From: Candidatus Borrarchaeum weybense
GTDB taxonomy: Archaea; Asgardarchaeota; Sifarchaeia; Borrarchaeales; Borrarchaeaceae
Assembly: GCA_019057385.1 (NCBI GenBank)
Contig: JAHQJS010000007.1
Coordinates: 480,001-544,000 of the forward strand
Direction of reading: 5' to 3'
Length of the DNA stretch: 64,000 nucleotides
A program made the translations under genes and the position numbers. Within the stretch, counting starts at the first letter, position 1. Each line of letters begins with the position of its first letter. Below the pieces are notes generated by a model that was not told where the DNA came from, searched no databases, and saw only the letters and a list, made by a program, of their open reading frames with translations. Shown one piece after another: positions 1 through 10,425 of the stretch.

Positions 1-238
1 TTACTACTAATGCTCCTAAAGAACGAGCCACGTCAGCAGTTGAATCTATACTACCATCATCAATTACAATAACTTTTTTTGAGAATCTTAAACAGTTTTT
101 GACTATAGGCGAGATACGATTTTCCTCATTATAGGCTGCTATTACTGTGATTATATTTCCTTTTTGCCCTCTTTTGTTTAAAGAACCAAATTCTAATAAT
201 TCGCCACTAGAATTGCTTTTAACTCTTTTTGCTTCCAC
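1..238 (-). CDS. GT2 glycosyltransferase (DPM1-like), N-terminal part, runs off the window
   Basis: Manual translation of the minus strand gives ...VIAAYNEENRISPIVKNCLRFSKKVIVIDDGSIDSTADVARSLGALVV, the GT2 N-terminal motifs. GTG start at 238 (or 253). Absent from the ORF track. Confidence 0.8.
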   Translation of the reverse strand, partial: MEAKRVKSNSSGELLEFGSLNKRGQKGNIITVIAAYNEENRISPIVKNCLRFSKKVIVIDDGSIDSTADVARSLGALVV

Positions 239-390
239 GGTAGCAACCCACACTAAAAACGATTCTCATCAATATCTTTCTTTAATTTTTAATTCAAAAT
301 ACAAATTAAAATATGTTTTTATGAATTCTAACTGAGTATTTTTCTACGAAAAAATTATTTGACGAATCAAAATATTCATTCTTTGGAATT

Positions 391-1473
391 TCATTCCTTC
401 AATTGTAGTATTCTGCTTTCTAATTGATTTATCTTAATCTTTAGTTGTCTGGATGCAAATACTCCTCCGCCACCAATTGATATTAATATAATTAAATTCG
501 CTATAACATAGTAAAACAAAATTGTAAAACGACCATAAGAAAGTCCTAACCATTCAATAAATCTCAAAATTAGTGGTAGTGGCGCATATATTCCCCATAT
601 ATATGAAATCACAAAAATCATAAGCAATGCCACACTGAGATAAGTTAAGGAAGTGAAAAATAATAGCCTCGACTCAATTCTTTCTTTGTAACAATATATA
701 CAAAGATTTTGGTAGTTTAAGCTGCATAATTCACAGATAGATCTTGTACATCTTAAACAGGTCATTTGAGGTATTTGCGAAGGATGAATTTCGCAGGTTT
801 TTTTATCAAAAATTTCTTTAACTTTTTCTTTAATTATTTCATCGTCGTCATGCCTGCTTTCTGTCAATACTTCCATTTTTGCAATGTATTCAAAGAGGAA
901 TACGGTAAAAATGAAAAAAATTGAAATCTCAATTAGAATTGGAAAAACGTAAGAAATTATGTTGAATTCAATACCAATTGCAACAAGAATTAATAGAATT
1001 GAAAACAAAACAACAGGGAACTTTAAAAATAGCCTACTTAGCTTTCCTTGTTTTAACACAATTTTTAGTTCATTCGTGAAGAAAATCAAAAAGAAGATGA
1101 TAATTAATAATGAGATTGTTAGACTAGTCGTTAATAATAAAATTAGGGAGGCAATTATTAGTAGGGAAATATAAACACTCCTTCTATATGCTAATATTGA
1201 CTCAACGTTCCTTCTTTGGTTCAGCACATACTCAATCGTCTTTAGTCGCGGAATAATCGCTAGTAGTATACAACTAAACAACGTGATTTGAACAAACGTG
1301 TAATATAAATAATTAAACGATTTTTGAATTAAGAAATAGAATAGAAATAAGAATATCAAAGAAATGATTGAAATCAAGAGATATTGATTATTTCTTTGAA
1401 TTTGTGTATCAAATAGTGGATTTATATCCTTTAAAGCAGTTTGCATTAATTGATTATCTTTTTGATGGTCCAC
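391..1473 (-). CDS. Multi-pass membrane protein with internal B-box-like zinc finger
   Basis: Several hydrophobic helices flank CEIHP..TCLRCTRSICELC...LCIYC. Confidence 0.65.
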   Translation of the reverse strand: MDHQKDNQLMQTALKDINPLFDTQIQRNNQYLLISIISLIFLFLFYFLIQKSFNYLYYTFVQITLFSCILLAIIPRLKTIEYVLNQRRNVESILAYRRSVYISLLIIASLILLLTTSLTISLLIIIFFLIFFTNELKIVLKQGKLSRLFLKFPVVLFSILLILVAIGIEFNIISYVFPILIEISIFFIFTVFLFEYIAKMEVLTESRHDDDEIIKEKVKEIFDKKTCEIHPSQIPQMTCLRCTRSICELCSLNYQNLCIYCYKERIESRLLFFTSLTYLSVALLMIFVISYIWGIYAPLPLILRFIEWLGLSYGRFTILFYYVIANLIILISIGGGGVFASRQLKIKINQLESRILQLKE

Positions 1474-1496
1474 GAAAGCACCACAAGGTAGAAATT

Positions 1497-2087
1497 TTAT
1501 CTTTGAAATCTAATTAGATTAATCATGTTTTTAATGAAAAAACTTGTACCCACAAACATTATTATTATGCAAAGGTAGATTAGTTCTGGGACAGGATTTA
1601 AAGTCTTATAGTAAATTGAAACGATTCCACTTCCTGTAACAGGGACGATTATAAACTCAGCAAGTGGATAATCAGTAAATATTAGTTTATCAAGAGAAGG
1701 CGGATTGATTGATACTTCAACTGTAATATGTTCTATTGATGATTCAGAATTCATTGAAAGGGCATATAGTACGCTTGAAGATAGATTTTCCCTTACAAAA
1801 AGAAAAATATCTACGTCCAAATCCCCAGAAATTGGCTCAGTTGCAACTTCAACAATACTTCCATCCTTTACTCGCAATTCGACTGACATTTTTTGATCCA
1901 GGATTAATATTTCACTAACTGATCTTTCTCCCGTTAATTCCGTTCGCCTCGAATCAAGATAAATTTGTTGTTCGCTGGAATATTCTATATACTTAAAATC
2001 AACAGTTAATTCAGCGATGACAAAAGATGAGAGCAATATAAAGAAAAACGCGAATACTAGTTTGATTTGTCTTGATCTCAGTTTCAT
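1497..2087 (-). CDS. Hypothetical membrane-anchored protein
   Basis: 196-aa ORF with N- and C-terminal hydrophobic segments. Confidence 0.6.
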   Translation of the reverse strand: MKLRSRQIKLVFAFFFILLSSFVIAELTVDFKYIEYSSEQQIYLDSRRTELTGERSVSEILILDQKMSVELRVKDGSIVEVATEPISGDLDVDIFLFVRENLSSSVLYALSMNSESSIEHITVEVSINPPSLDKLIFTDYPLAEFIIVPVTGSGIVSIYYKTLNPVPELIYLCIIIMFVGTSFFIKNMINLIRFQR

Positions 2088-2225
2088 CTCTTCTCACATT
2101 TTTTGTACTGAACACATTCTTAGAATCTGTTATATTATTCAATGTTCTTTTTTATGATAGAACAAAGACTAATACTATTACGTTAAATATTTCACTATTT
2201 AACTCAAAATAGGCGGAGAACATTC

Positions 2226-3449
2226 TTGAGAATTTGTATAGTTATTCCGTATAATGTCGTAGAAAGTCATCATGGGAACGCCATCAGAGTAATGAATTTG
2301 ATACAATTTCTCTCAAGAAGACATAAATTAACAGTGCTCATGTATGACCTTTTCAATAAACGAAGGGGACTAAAATCACAAAAAATTGATTCTTATTTTC
2401 TATCTGTTGATTTATGGATTACATTCGCCTCTTTTTTTTCTAAAAATTTTTTAAAAGCATCATCTTTTGATTTATTGTCCTCTACTTTTCCACCTTCTTA
2501 TAAATTCAAATCTACTTTGAATAAAATATTAGAAAAGAATAATATTGATATTCTACAGTGCGAAAATGCTTGGACTGTCTCAAATTCAATTACACCTGCA
2601 AGAAATAAAGGCATTCCCGTGATAGCAACCCTTCACGATGTTTTAAGTGAAAGAGTGCCACAGCTATGTAAGAGTCTCAATACACCCCAAATCATAGCTA
2701 AGAAGCTAATTTCTAAAACAAAAGATTTCGAATTGAAAGCTATCAATCAAACCGATATGAATGCATGTGTTTCAGAAGAAGATATCAAAACATTTACCAG
2801 TCTTGGATGTGATCCACAAAAGTTTATTGTTATCCCAAATGGAGTTGATACCAAACTCTTTCGTCCCATGTATAAGAACCATGATTTATTAAGGAAGCTA
2901 AAGTTATTGGATGCAAATCCTATCATTTTATTTGCAGGAAGCGATATGTATCAAAACAGGATTGCTGTAAATGAAATAATTACCAAGATACTCCCAAATC
3001 TAATAAAGACAAGTAAAGATGCCAAAATTCTGATTATTGGGACAATTGGGAAATATCTCAACAAATTACTCCAAAAAGTTCCATCAATATCAAAATATCT
3101 TATAAGTATTGGCTATGTAAAAGAAATTCTGCCCTATTATAGCATTTCAGACGTTGTTATCTTGCCTCTTAACTTCGGAACTGGAACAAAATTAAAGATG
3201 TTAGAGGCAATGGCAGCTGGAAAAGCAATAATTTCTACAAATATAGGCGCAAAAGGTATCAAACAAATTGTGGAGAAAAGTGTAATAATTGAAGACAATC
3301 TGCAATATTATTATCGCCACATTAAAGGAATAACTGAAAATGAGGAATACAAGACTGAACTTGAAAAAAAATCAAGGACAACAGCGCTCCAATATGATTG
3401 GAGAAACATTGCTGTGATGTATGACAAATTATATAGAAAAATTACTTAA
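2226..3449 (+). CDS. GT4 glycosyltransferase
   Basis: IPNGVD; GTKLKMLEAMAAGKAIIST; YDW C-terminus. Confidence 0.9.
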   Translation: MRICIVIPYNVVESHHGNAIRVMNLIQFLSRRHKLTVLMYDLFNKRRGLKSQKIDSYFLSVDLWITFASFFSKNFLKASSFDLLSSTFPPSYKFKSTLNKILEKNNIDILQCENAWTVSNSITPARNKGIPVIATLHDVLSERVPQLCKSLNTPQIIAKKLISKTKDFELKAINQTDMNACVSEEDIKTFTSLGCDPQKFIVIPNGVDTKLFRPMYKNHDLLRKLKLLDANPIILFAGSDMYQNRIAVNEIITKILPNLIKTSKDAKILIIGTIGKYLNKLLQKVPSISKYLISIGYVKEILPYYSISDVVILPLNFGTGTKLKMLEAMAAGKAIISTNIGAKGIKQIVEKSVIIEDNLQYYYRHIKGITENEEYKTELEKKSRTTALQYDWRNIAVMYDKLYRKIT

Positions 3450-3628
3450 TTGATTTCATGGAATTACGAATTTTCACTATGCATCCTCAAAGACCGCATT
3501 TTAAATTAAGTTTTGCTTTTTCTTCTTTGTAGGTTCTTTAATTAAAGTTTTTATACCATCTGTTAATAATAAAGAGACTAATACCTTTAACTGCTTGTCT
3601 AGATATTTTTTAATGAACTGCTCAAAAT

Positions 3629-4930
3629 TCATTTGATTAATAATAATTTTGAGAGTTTTAATTTAGTAAGTAAGTTGTATGGCTTTTCAGCATATAGTAG
3701 ATAGATGAGAATAGGCGAAACAACTTGAATCATTAAATAGTATGTATAAGTCAAAATTGTTCTAAGTAAGGAGATTGGAAGCCCCCATGCTATTATCTCC
3801 AAAAACCATGCTAAATGTAATATAATAGTAGGTATTTTGAATTCTTTAGAATAACTAACAAAAAGTAGCGCCATAAACCACATACTATAGTGTAAATAAT
3901 ACAATCTATTGAAATAAGTAATTGAAAATAAAGATAAAGTTGTTAAACGCACTAATATTTCTTGAGAATTATATTTCTGAATTGCAAGAAACAAAACAAG
4001 CCCTAACTGAACTAAGAAAGGCATAAAAATTAATAATATTGAGGGCACACCTAATTTCAATAAGGCAACCCAAGGCGAAGCACCGCTTATGGGAAGTTTT
4101 GTTTCTACCAGTACTGCCCCACCTCTAGTTAATAAAACATAAGAATACAAAACTCCCTCAGGACTTAAAATAAAGTATGGCAAATAAGCAAAAAGACATA
4201 CCAGTAATGTGAAAATAGGATATTGGAGAATTTCATAACTCTTAGATTTATTATCGTATAGATACTTAATAAAAAGAGGAAGAAGAAAAACAGGAAAATA
4301 CTTGAGCATAATTCCACAACCTAAACAAATTGCAGAGAGATTAAGCTTTTTATTCAAGAAAAAATACAATGAAAGAACCGAGAACAACATAGCAATATGA
4401 TCGTGATGTTGTGCTTCAGCATAAACTACTATTGGCGAAATCGTATAAAGTAGCGATAGATAAAACGCGAGATTTTCGTTCTTCCACATCATTAAAACAG
4501 TTTTATATATTAAGACACATAATAACGTCCCAAAACCAAAATTAAAAAGAGGAACAAATACATAAACAAAATTGTAAAAGTTCCAATTTGATAAATAGCA
4601 TAAAAACAGAATATAGGTTACTCCTAACGGTGGAAATGAGCATTCATAATCCCTATAGGGTATTAAGCCGTATTGGGATAGACTATATCTAGAATACCAC
4701 TCAGGTACATCAACACTAAAAAGATTGCCTCCTTCTAAACCAGGATATATCGGAAAGTTCGGTCTAACAAAAAAATTTAGTATGATAAGATAAACTAGTC
4801 TCACGATCACTGAAAAAATTGTTAATTGTATGAGCCTATTTGCCTTCAGAATATTAGTCAATAGATTAACCACCCACTCCAAAAATAAATTATTGATTTC
4901 AGAATTCAATTGAATTGATATTTTCACCAA
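3629..4930 (-). CDS. GT-C fold integral membrane glycosyltransferase (GT87-like)
   Basis: PYRDYECSFPP loop; HHD; LK-FP motif; many TM helices. Confidence 0.75.
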   Translation of the reverse strand: MVKISIQLNSEINNLFLEWVVNLLTNILKANRLIQLTIFSVIVRLVYLIILNFFVRPNFPIYPGLEGGNLFSVDVPEWYSRYSLSQYGLIPYRDYECSFPPLGVTYILFLCYLSNWNFYNFVYVFVPLFNFGFGTLLCVLIYKTVLMMWKNENLAFYLSLLYTISPIVVYAEAQHHDHIAMLFSVLSLYFFLNKKLNLSAICLGCGIMLKYFPVFLLPLFIKYLYDNKSKSYEILQYPIFTLLVCLFAYLPYFILSPEGVLYSYVLLTRGGAVLVETKLPISGASPWVALLKLGVPSILLIFMPFLVQLGLVLFLAIQKYNSQEILVRLTTLSLFSITYFNRLYYLHYSMWFMALLFVSYSKEFKIPTIILHLAWFLEIIAWGLPISLLRTILTYTYYLMIQVVSPILIYLLYAEKPYNLLTKLKLSKLLLIK

Positions 4931-5010
4931 GATTGTTTTTAAAATATTGTGAATGAGAAAATTAAAAAGTTAAGTTGTCAATTGACTTTTTTTAATGAGT
5001 TTTTTGCTCA

Positions 5011-6504
5011 CTAAAAACTCGTCAACCTTGTTTTTTCTTTTAATGAAATATATGCACGAGTATACACAAAACATACCAAAATAATGGAAAAAATGGCTAT
5101 CACTAATATTCGATAGAATCCGTTTTCAAATAAAAATTCAATTGCTCTAAACAATGGAACAGCGTTTAGCCAAAATTTGGGATAAATACCTAATACCATA
5201 ACAAATGTACTCCAAAAGAATAGGATATTAAAGATTATCTTTGATATCCTGGTTTTATTGGTATCGATTACAATCGATATATGAATAACTAGCAACGGAA
5301 TCATCTCATTCAAGTATCTTGTCGACCATTCCCATTCTCCAATTGGCAATATATACGCATAAATTACCGCGACTAGAATAAAAGAAGTTAGAGAAAAAAA
5401 TGAGATGTCGAATCCTTTTTGTTTAATTGTTCGGTAAATACCCAATAATGAGAAAATAAGCACTGGAGAATAGAAGAAGAGCCCTCTAAAAGGACTAAAA
5501 AGTAAGATAAATAATCCTACGAAAATATGTAATCCAGAATAAGATTGCTTTAATTGCCACCATAAGTACACATACGAAGGATAAGTGGGTTCTCCCGTAG
5601 ACATAGCCACTGAAAATGTAGTGATCCATGGACCTGCGTAGGTATATATCGTAGTAAATGGATTTCCAAACAAAATAAAATTATACAACATATGAACAGG
5701 AATCATTGTACAAAATCCAGCCAAAAAAAGCGAGAATTTGCTGAGTTTTTTATTTAACAAGAATACAAGTAACATTGGAAAGAGGATGAAAGTGTTTGAA
5801 TATCTTACAATTGTAGAATAACCCAATAACAATCCGGGAAAGATAAATTGTCTGTTTGTATTTTTTCTTCCTTTAATAATCTTCAAAACTTCATAAAAAC
5901 TATAAAAAACTAACATTGTACCCAATGAATGGTCGAAAAACGATCTTGCATAAACTAAATTGACTGTTGCGAAGGCAAATACATAAGACGATAAAAAACT
6001 AGCTTTCTCACTTGCACCAAGAAATTTGCATAGTTTGTAAATTAATAAAACAGTATACGAAGCAGATAATACATTCACTTGGCATACAAAAAAGAATAAA
6101 ACCCGTTCGAGGAGGACACCTTCTAAATTTAATAATCGTGCAATTAATGTACCAAGAATATAAAATGGAATGCCAAAGAAGGCGAGACCTGGTAGGTAGC
6201 GAATATACACGTTTCCATTAAGTACTATAAGATCCAATGGCTCTACTAATAGTACATTTTCAGCATAGGGAGTAATAGCAAAGCTATAGTTTTCAACAAT
6301 TGTCTTTGTTAAAAAATAAGAGTCAATTTCATCCGATGCGGTATAATCTGCGAAAGGAGGTATAACTGACATGGCCATGAAGATTTCTAAAAATGCTAAA
6401 ACAGTATAGATAAACCAAGGCAAAAGAAAAAGCCAAATAACCTGCTGTTTTCGGAGAGTCGATAATTTTGCTACTAGCCTACTTAAGTTCTTTCGAAACA
6501 ACAT
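5011..6504 (-). CDS. GT-C fold glycosyltransferase (PMT/GT39-like)
   Basis: Many TM helices; YN..FGNP, RGLFFYSP and W..RYL motifs. Confidence 0.75.
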   Translation of the reverse strand: MLFRKNLSRLVAKLSTLRKQQVIWLFLLPWFIYTVLAFLEIFMAMSVIPPFADYTASDEIDSYFLTKTIVENYSFAITPYAENVLLVEPLDLIVLNGNVYIRYLPGLAFFGIPFYILGTLIARLLNLEGVLLERVLFFFVCQVNVLSASYTVLLIYKLCKFLGASEKASFLSSYVFAFATVNLVYARSFFDHSLGTMLVFYSFYEVLKIIKGRKNTNRQFIFPGLLLGYSTIVRYSNTFILFPMLLVFLLNKKLSKFSLFLAGFCTMIPVHMLYNFILFGNPFTTIYTYAGPWITTFSVAMSTGEPTYPSYVYLWWQLKQSYSGLHIFVGLFILLFSPFRGLFFYSPVLIFSLLGIYRTIKQKGFDISFFSLTSFILVAVIYAYILPIGEWEWSTRYLNEMIPLLVIHISIVIDTNKTRISKIIFNILFFWSTFVMVLGIYPKFWLNAVPLFRAIEFLFENGFYRILVIAIFSIILVCFVYTRAYISLKEKTRLTSF

Positions 6505-6788
6505 GATTAAACCTATCCTAAGTCATAGTGGAAAATAGACGGATTTTTTTTCTATTAATTTTCCGCCTTCAATGCTCGCAGGTGTTTTTAGGTATTTAAG
6601 AACTAAATATTTTAAAAAGTAATGATTTCTGCAATCTGTGTTCTTGTGTGCCTATTAAATTAGAATTTTCTTATTCAAAACCATTCATTAAAACAGTCCG
6701 AAAATTTAAGTTTCGCTAAAATTTGTGATTTTGCAAACGGTATTTGCTATGATGACAAAATAATTCAATGAGCCTTAGATGGTTAAAA

Positions 6789-7721
6789 TTAAGCGATATT
6801 TCCTTTTATAAAATATCTTAGCGTTTCAAACAAAAAACCAGACCAAAAGATCCATTTTGTAAGCAGTAAGTACGGAGCACACAACAAGAGATACTTTCTT
6901 GGAGTACTTTGTTGTTTTAGAATATGAAATAAGAAAAATAGATTAAGAAAAATGAAAGGAGATAAAAAAAAGACAATTCCTGTGAAAAAAAAGAAAATGA
7001 TAGTTACTATACTTGCAATAATAGCTAGCGGGATAACTAAGGATCGTTTAAAATTACCAAAATATCTTCTACTATTATGAACATAACTCTTGCCTCCAGC
7101 AAAGTATTTACGCAGAGTAACTGAGCTCAAATGAGTGACTCTAAACGATGGATCTAATAATGTTTCATATCCGAGTTCATTAATTTGCCGAATTAAGACA
7201 TTACCCTCAGACCATTTAAATTCACCAAACTTACATCCTTGATCAAATACTCTCTTCTTAAAGACGGCATTACCTTCTCTGAATCCCTCGTGAAATCCTA
7301 TTATTTTTTTATTACTAAATTCTTCATTTAGGACTTTTTGAATAAGGTCTTTCCCTCCCGAATAATAACCTAATATTCCAACAATCTCTGGATGCTCATT
7401 AAACGTATCGATAATTCTTTGAAACCAATTCTCAGGAATGATGCAATCGACGTCTAAAAATGCTATAATTTCACCCCTAGCTTGTTTGATGCCAAAATTT
7501 CTTGCTAAACCCGCTGAATTACATTGTTTACAATAAAAATATCTTACCCCATATTCCATGCAAATATTTTTTGTGTTATCAGTTCCACTATCTACGACTA
7601 CTATTTCATAGGAAATAGGTGATTTCTGTGCAATTAAAGCAGAGAGACAATCTCGGATGAATTTCTCTGAATTAAATGTTGGAATTATTACACTCATTAA
7701 TTGATAGGATGACAATTCCAT
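6789..7721 (-). CDS. GT2 glycosyltransferase with C-terminal TM helices
   Basis: SVIIPTFN, VVDSG, ARNFG, FLDVD. Confidence 0.9.
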   Translation of the reverse strand: MELSSYQLMSVIIPTFNSEKFIRDCLSALIAQKSPISYEIVVVDSGTDNTKNICMEYGVRYFYCKQCNSAGLARNFGIKQARGEIIAFLDVDCIIPENWFQRIIDTFNEHPEIVGILGYYSGGKDLIQKVLNEEFSNKKIIGFHEGFREGNAVFKKRVFDQGCKFGEFKWSEGNVLIRQINELGYETLLDPSFRVTHLSSVTLRKYFAGGKSYVHNSRRYFGNFKRSLVIPLAIIASIVTIIFFFFTGIVFFLSPFIFLNLFFLFHILKQQSTPRKYLLLCAPYLLLTKWIFWSGFLFETLRYFIKGNIA

Positions 7722-8010
7722 AACTCCAAATTTGGAAATCTACTACTTTTCAAAGAGCAATTTAAGTCTAGTTTCTTATTAAAAATGAAGTTCTTTAAAC
7801 CTCTTTTTATGTAGTTTATTCATAGAATGAAATTAAGAGTATCTTCATTATTTCGAATAACTACCTCGTTTTAGGCTTTTTTAAAATCTCAGAACGTCGC
7901 ACAAGAAACATCGTTGTTTTAATTAGCAGTATTAGAAATTTTTTATACCAATAATGAACACTTAAAAAAAAGAAAAACCTGATTAAATAAATGCTATAAT
8001 AGGGAGAATT

Positions 8011-9222
8011 ATGAGAGTTTGCTTTGTTTTTTTGTCAAAAAATCCTTGTTTGATTGATACGAAGTTTGGGGGAGGAAGTGAATATGGATTATATTTTCTT
8101 GCAAAAAACTTAGCAAAAAAGGGAATAAACGTTCATATAATCGCCAATCTACTAGAGAACGAAAATTACGTTAAAGATGGAATTTATTTTCATAATATTC
8201 CAATAGGAAAAAATGCTCTTTGGAGAAATCTTAAGATATTTAATTTTCTTTATGGACTAAATAAGAAATATAATTTTAATATTCTAAATCTTTTGAATGC
8301 AAATTTTGCTATGCCGATTCTCCTTTTCGCAAAAATGGAACATGTACCAATTATCTATTCAGAATGGAATCATTATCCTTGGCTGGAAGATAAGTGTAAG
8401 ATCAATCCTCGAATTTATTGGTTGTTGATTAAATTAACTTTAAAACGATCTAAAGTTGTAACAGCAGCAAGTAATGTCTTAAGAAAGAAGATTTTAGACG
8501 AAATTAAGATTTCCGAATCAAGAATTAAAACTATTCCAATGGGAATGGACTTAACAAGTTTTCAAATAAAGAAATCTAATTTCGCAAAGGAAAAGCACGG
8601 CTTTAATGAAGACGATCCTATTTTGTTATCGGTTGCACGCATTGTGCCCCATAAAGGACATAAAGATTTAATTGAAGCAGTTGCAATGGTTAGGGAAGAT
8701 ATTCCTAATATTAAAGCATTATTAATTGGTCCAAGAGAAGAAAAATCTGCTTTTAGCATTAATGATTCTCCCTCTAGTTATTATTTTCAATTAATTTCAT
8801 TAATTAAAGAATATGGTTTAGAGAAAAATGTTTTTTTCTTAGGCACTGTTCCTAGAGAGGATTTATCACTTTATTATTCCTCTTCCGATATTTTTGTTCT
8901 TCCCACAAGGAAAGAGGGTTTTGGAACAGTTTTTATAGAAGCAATGGCCTCAGGCCTACCCATAATTACATGTAAAATTGAACCGATGACCCAAGTTGTT
9001 GGCGAAAAGGTTGGCATTTTTATCGAGCCATCTAAAACAAAAAATCTAGCGGGAGCAATTAAAAAAATTCTCAACAATAAAGATTTAGCCACTAAAATGA
9101 GTTTGAATGCAATTGAAAGAGTAACACGCTACTATAGCATAAATGTGGTAGCGGAAGAAACTCATAAACTCTTCTTACAAGTTTTAGAGCACCTTAAGTC
9201 TATGAAAAAATCCCATATGTGA
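8011..9222 (+). CDS. GT4 glycosyltransferase
   Basis: VARIVPHKG; EGFGTVFIEAMASGLP. Confidence 0.92.
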   Translation: MRVCFVFLSKNPCLIDTKFGGGSEYGLYFLAKNLAKKGINVHIIANLLENENYVKDGIYFHNIPIGKNALWRNLKIFNFLYGLNKKYNFNILNLLNANFAMPILLFAKMEHVPIIYSEWNHYPWLEDKCKINPRIYWLLIKLTLKRSKVVTAASNVLRKKILDEIKISESRIKTIPMGMDLTSFQIKKSNFAKEKHGFNEDDPILLSVARIVPHKGHKDLIEAVAMVREDIPNIKALLIGPREEKSAFSINDSPSSYYFQLISLIKEYGLEKNVFFLGTVPREDLSLYYSSSDIFVLPTRKEGFGTVFIEAMASGLPIITCKIEPMTQVVGEKVGIFIEPSKTKNLAGAIKKILNNKDLATKMSLNAIERVTRYYSINVVAEETHKLFLQVLEHLKSMKKSHM

Positions 9223-9251
9223 TTCTTAAGATGTAGTATAAATGATAAAAA

Positions 9252-10400
9252 ATGAGATTGATAAAAATAGAGAGGAATTCTTTGAAAAAATTGAATGTGT
9301 CTTTTATTAGCTGTTGGTATCCTAATATTGGAGTTTCTGATTACACTTGCGAACTTATGAGCGCACTTCAGGAACTAAAAGAGATTGAAAAGATTAAAAT
9401 TGTTTCAGGTAGTTGTTGGTGTGAAGCTAGAGTGAATAAAGCTTCAAAGCAGGGATGCAATTCTTGGTATCCATCAGCATGGGAGAAAATATTCAAATTC
9501 TTCTTTAGAAAGTATTATAATCTGCCAAATAGTATTTTGCGGGCAATTTGGACGAATTTCAAAACTTTAAATAGTGATATTGTCCACTATCAACTATGTG
9601 CAGGTAGTTTTGGATTTATTAGTCTTTTATCTTTTCTTCTTCTTCCGAAAAAAGCAAAAAAAGTTGTTACTCTACATGAAATTGTATTTAGCAATAGATT
9701 TTCTAAAATACTAAAACCTATAATTGAGAAAATTGATGCAGTCATCGTACATACGGATTTTTCTAAGAAAAAATTAATTCAGATTTTCCCTTATTTAGAA
9801 AGTAAGATTAGAATAATCTATCATGGAGTTAAGATCCCCGAACTTAAACATTACCTAAGGGACAAAATAACCTTTTTTGGTCCGCCTGTTGAATCTAGAG
9901 GCATTTATATTCTTTTAAATGCTATGACAATTTTAAATGAAAAAAACACGCCTATTACTCTTCATATTTATGGCCCTGTGCTCAATTTTGAAAGGAAAGA
10001 AATAATGAATTATGCTGAAAAGAACAAGATTACTGAAAATATTGTATTTGGTGGAGAATTATCTGAGAATATATTTTTTCAAAAATTACAGAAAAGTAAA
10101 ATTTTGATCGTGCCCCGTCTTGAAGCACATGCTAGTAGTACTATAATAAAAGCAATGGCTTGTGAAACACCTATTATAGCCACCAACATTGGAGGTATTC
10201 CTGAATATCTTGGAAACGCAGGTATCTTGATTCCACCTAATAATGCGGAGGTTTTAGCTGATACAATACAAAAACTGAATGCTGATGAAAAAACTAGAAA
10301 AAAAATTGGTATTTCAGGCCGGAAACGAGCCAAGAGAATTTTTCAATGGAGTAAAATTGCTGAAAAAACTCTAAAATTATATAGATGTCTAATGTTGTGA
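9252..10400 (+). CDS. GT4 glycosyltransferase (divergent nucleotide-binding motif)
   Basis: IYHGV; IIKAMACETPIIATNIGGIPE, with the usual Ex7E replaced. Confidence 0.85.
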   Translation: MRLIKIERNSLKKLNVSFISCWYPNIGVSDYTCELMSALQELKEIEKIKIVSGSCWCEARVNKASKQGCNSWYPSAWEKIFKFFFRKYYNLPNSILRAIWTNFKTLNSDIVHYQLCAGSFGFISLLSFLLLPKKAKKVVTLHEIVFSNRFSKILKPIIEKIDAVIVHTDFSKKKLIQIFPYLESKIRIIYHGVKIPELKHYLRDKITFFGPPVESRGIYILLNAMTILNEKNTPITLHIYGPVLNFERKEIMNYAEKNKITENIVFGGELSENIFFQKLQKSKILIVPRLEAHASSTIIKAMACETPIIATNIGGIPEYLGNAGILIPPNNAEVLADTIQKLNADEKTRKKIGISGRKRAKRIFQWSKIAEKTLKLYRCLML

Positions 10401-10425
10401 AAATAAGGAGAGGAAATTTGTAAAA

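Noticed and set aside
147-335. 62-aa plus-strand ORF and the other short antisense ORFs in the track
   Set aside because: They are shadows of longer motif-bearing genes on the opposite strand or in another frame.
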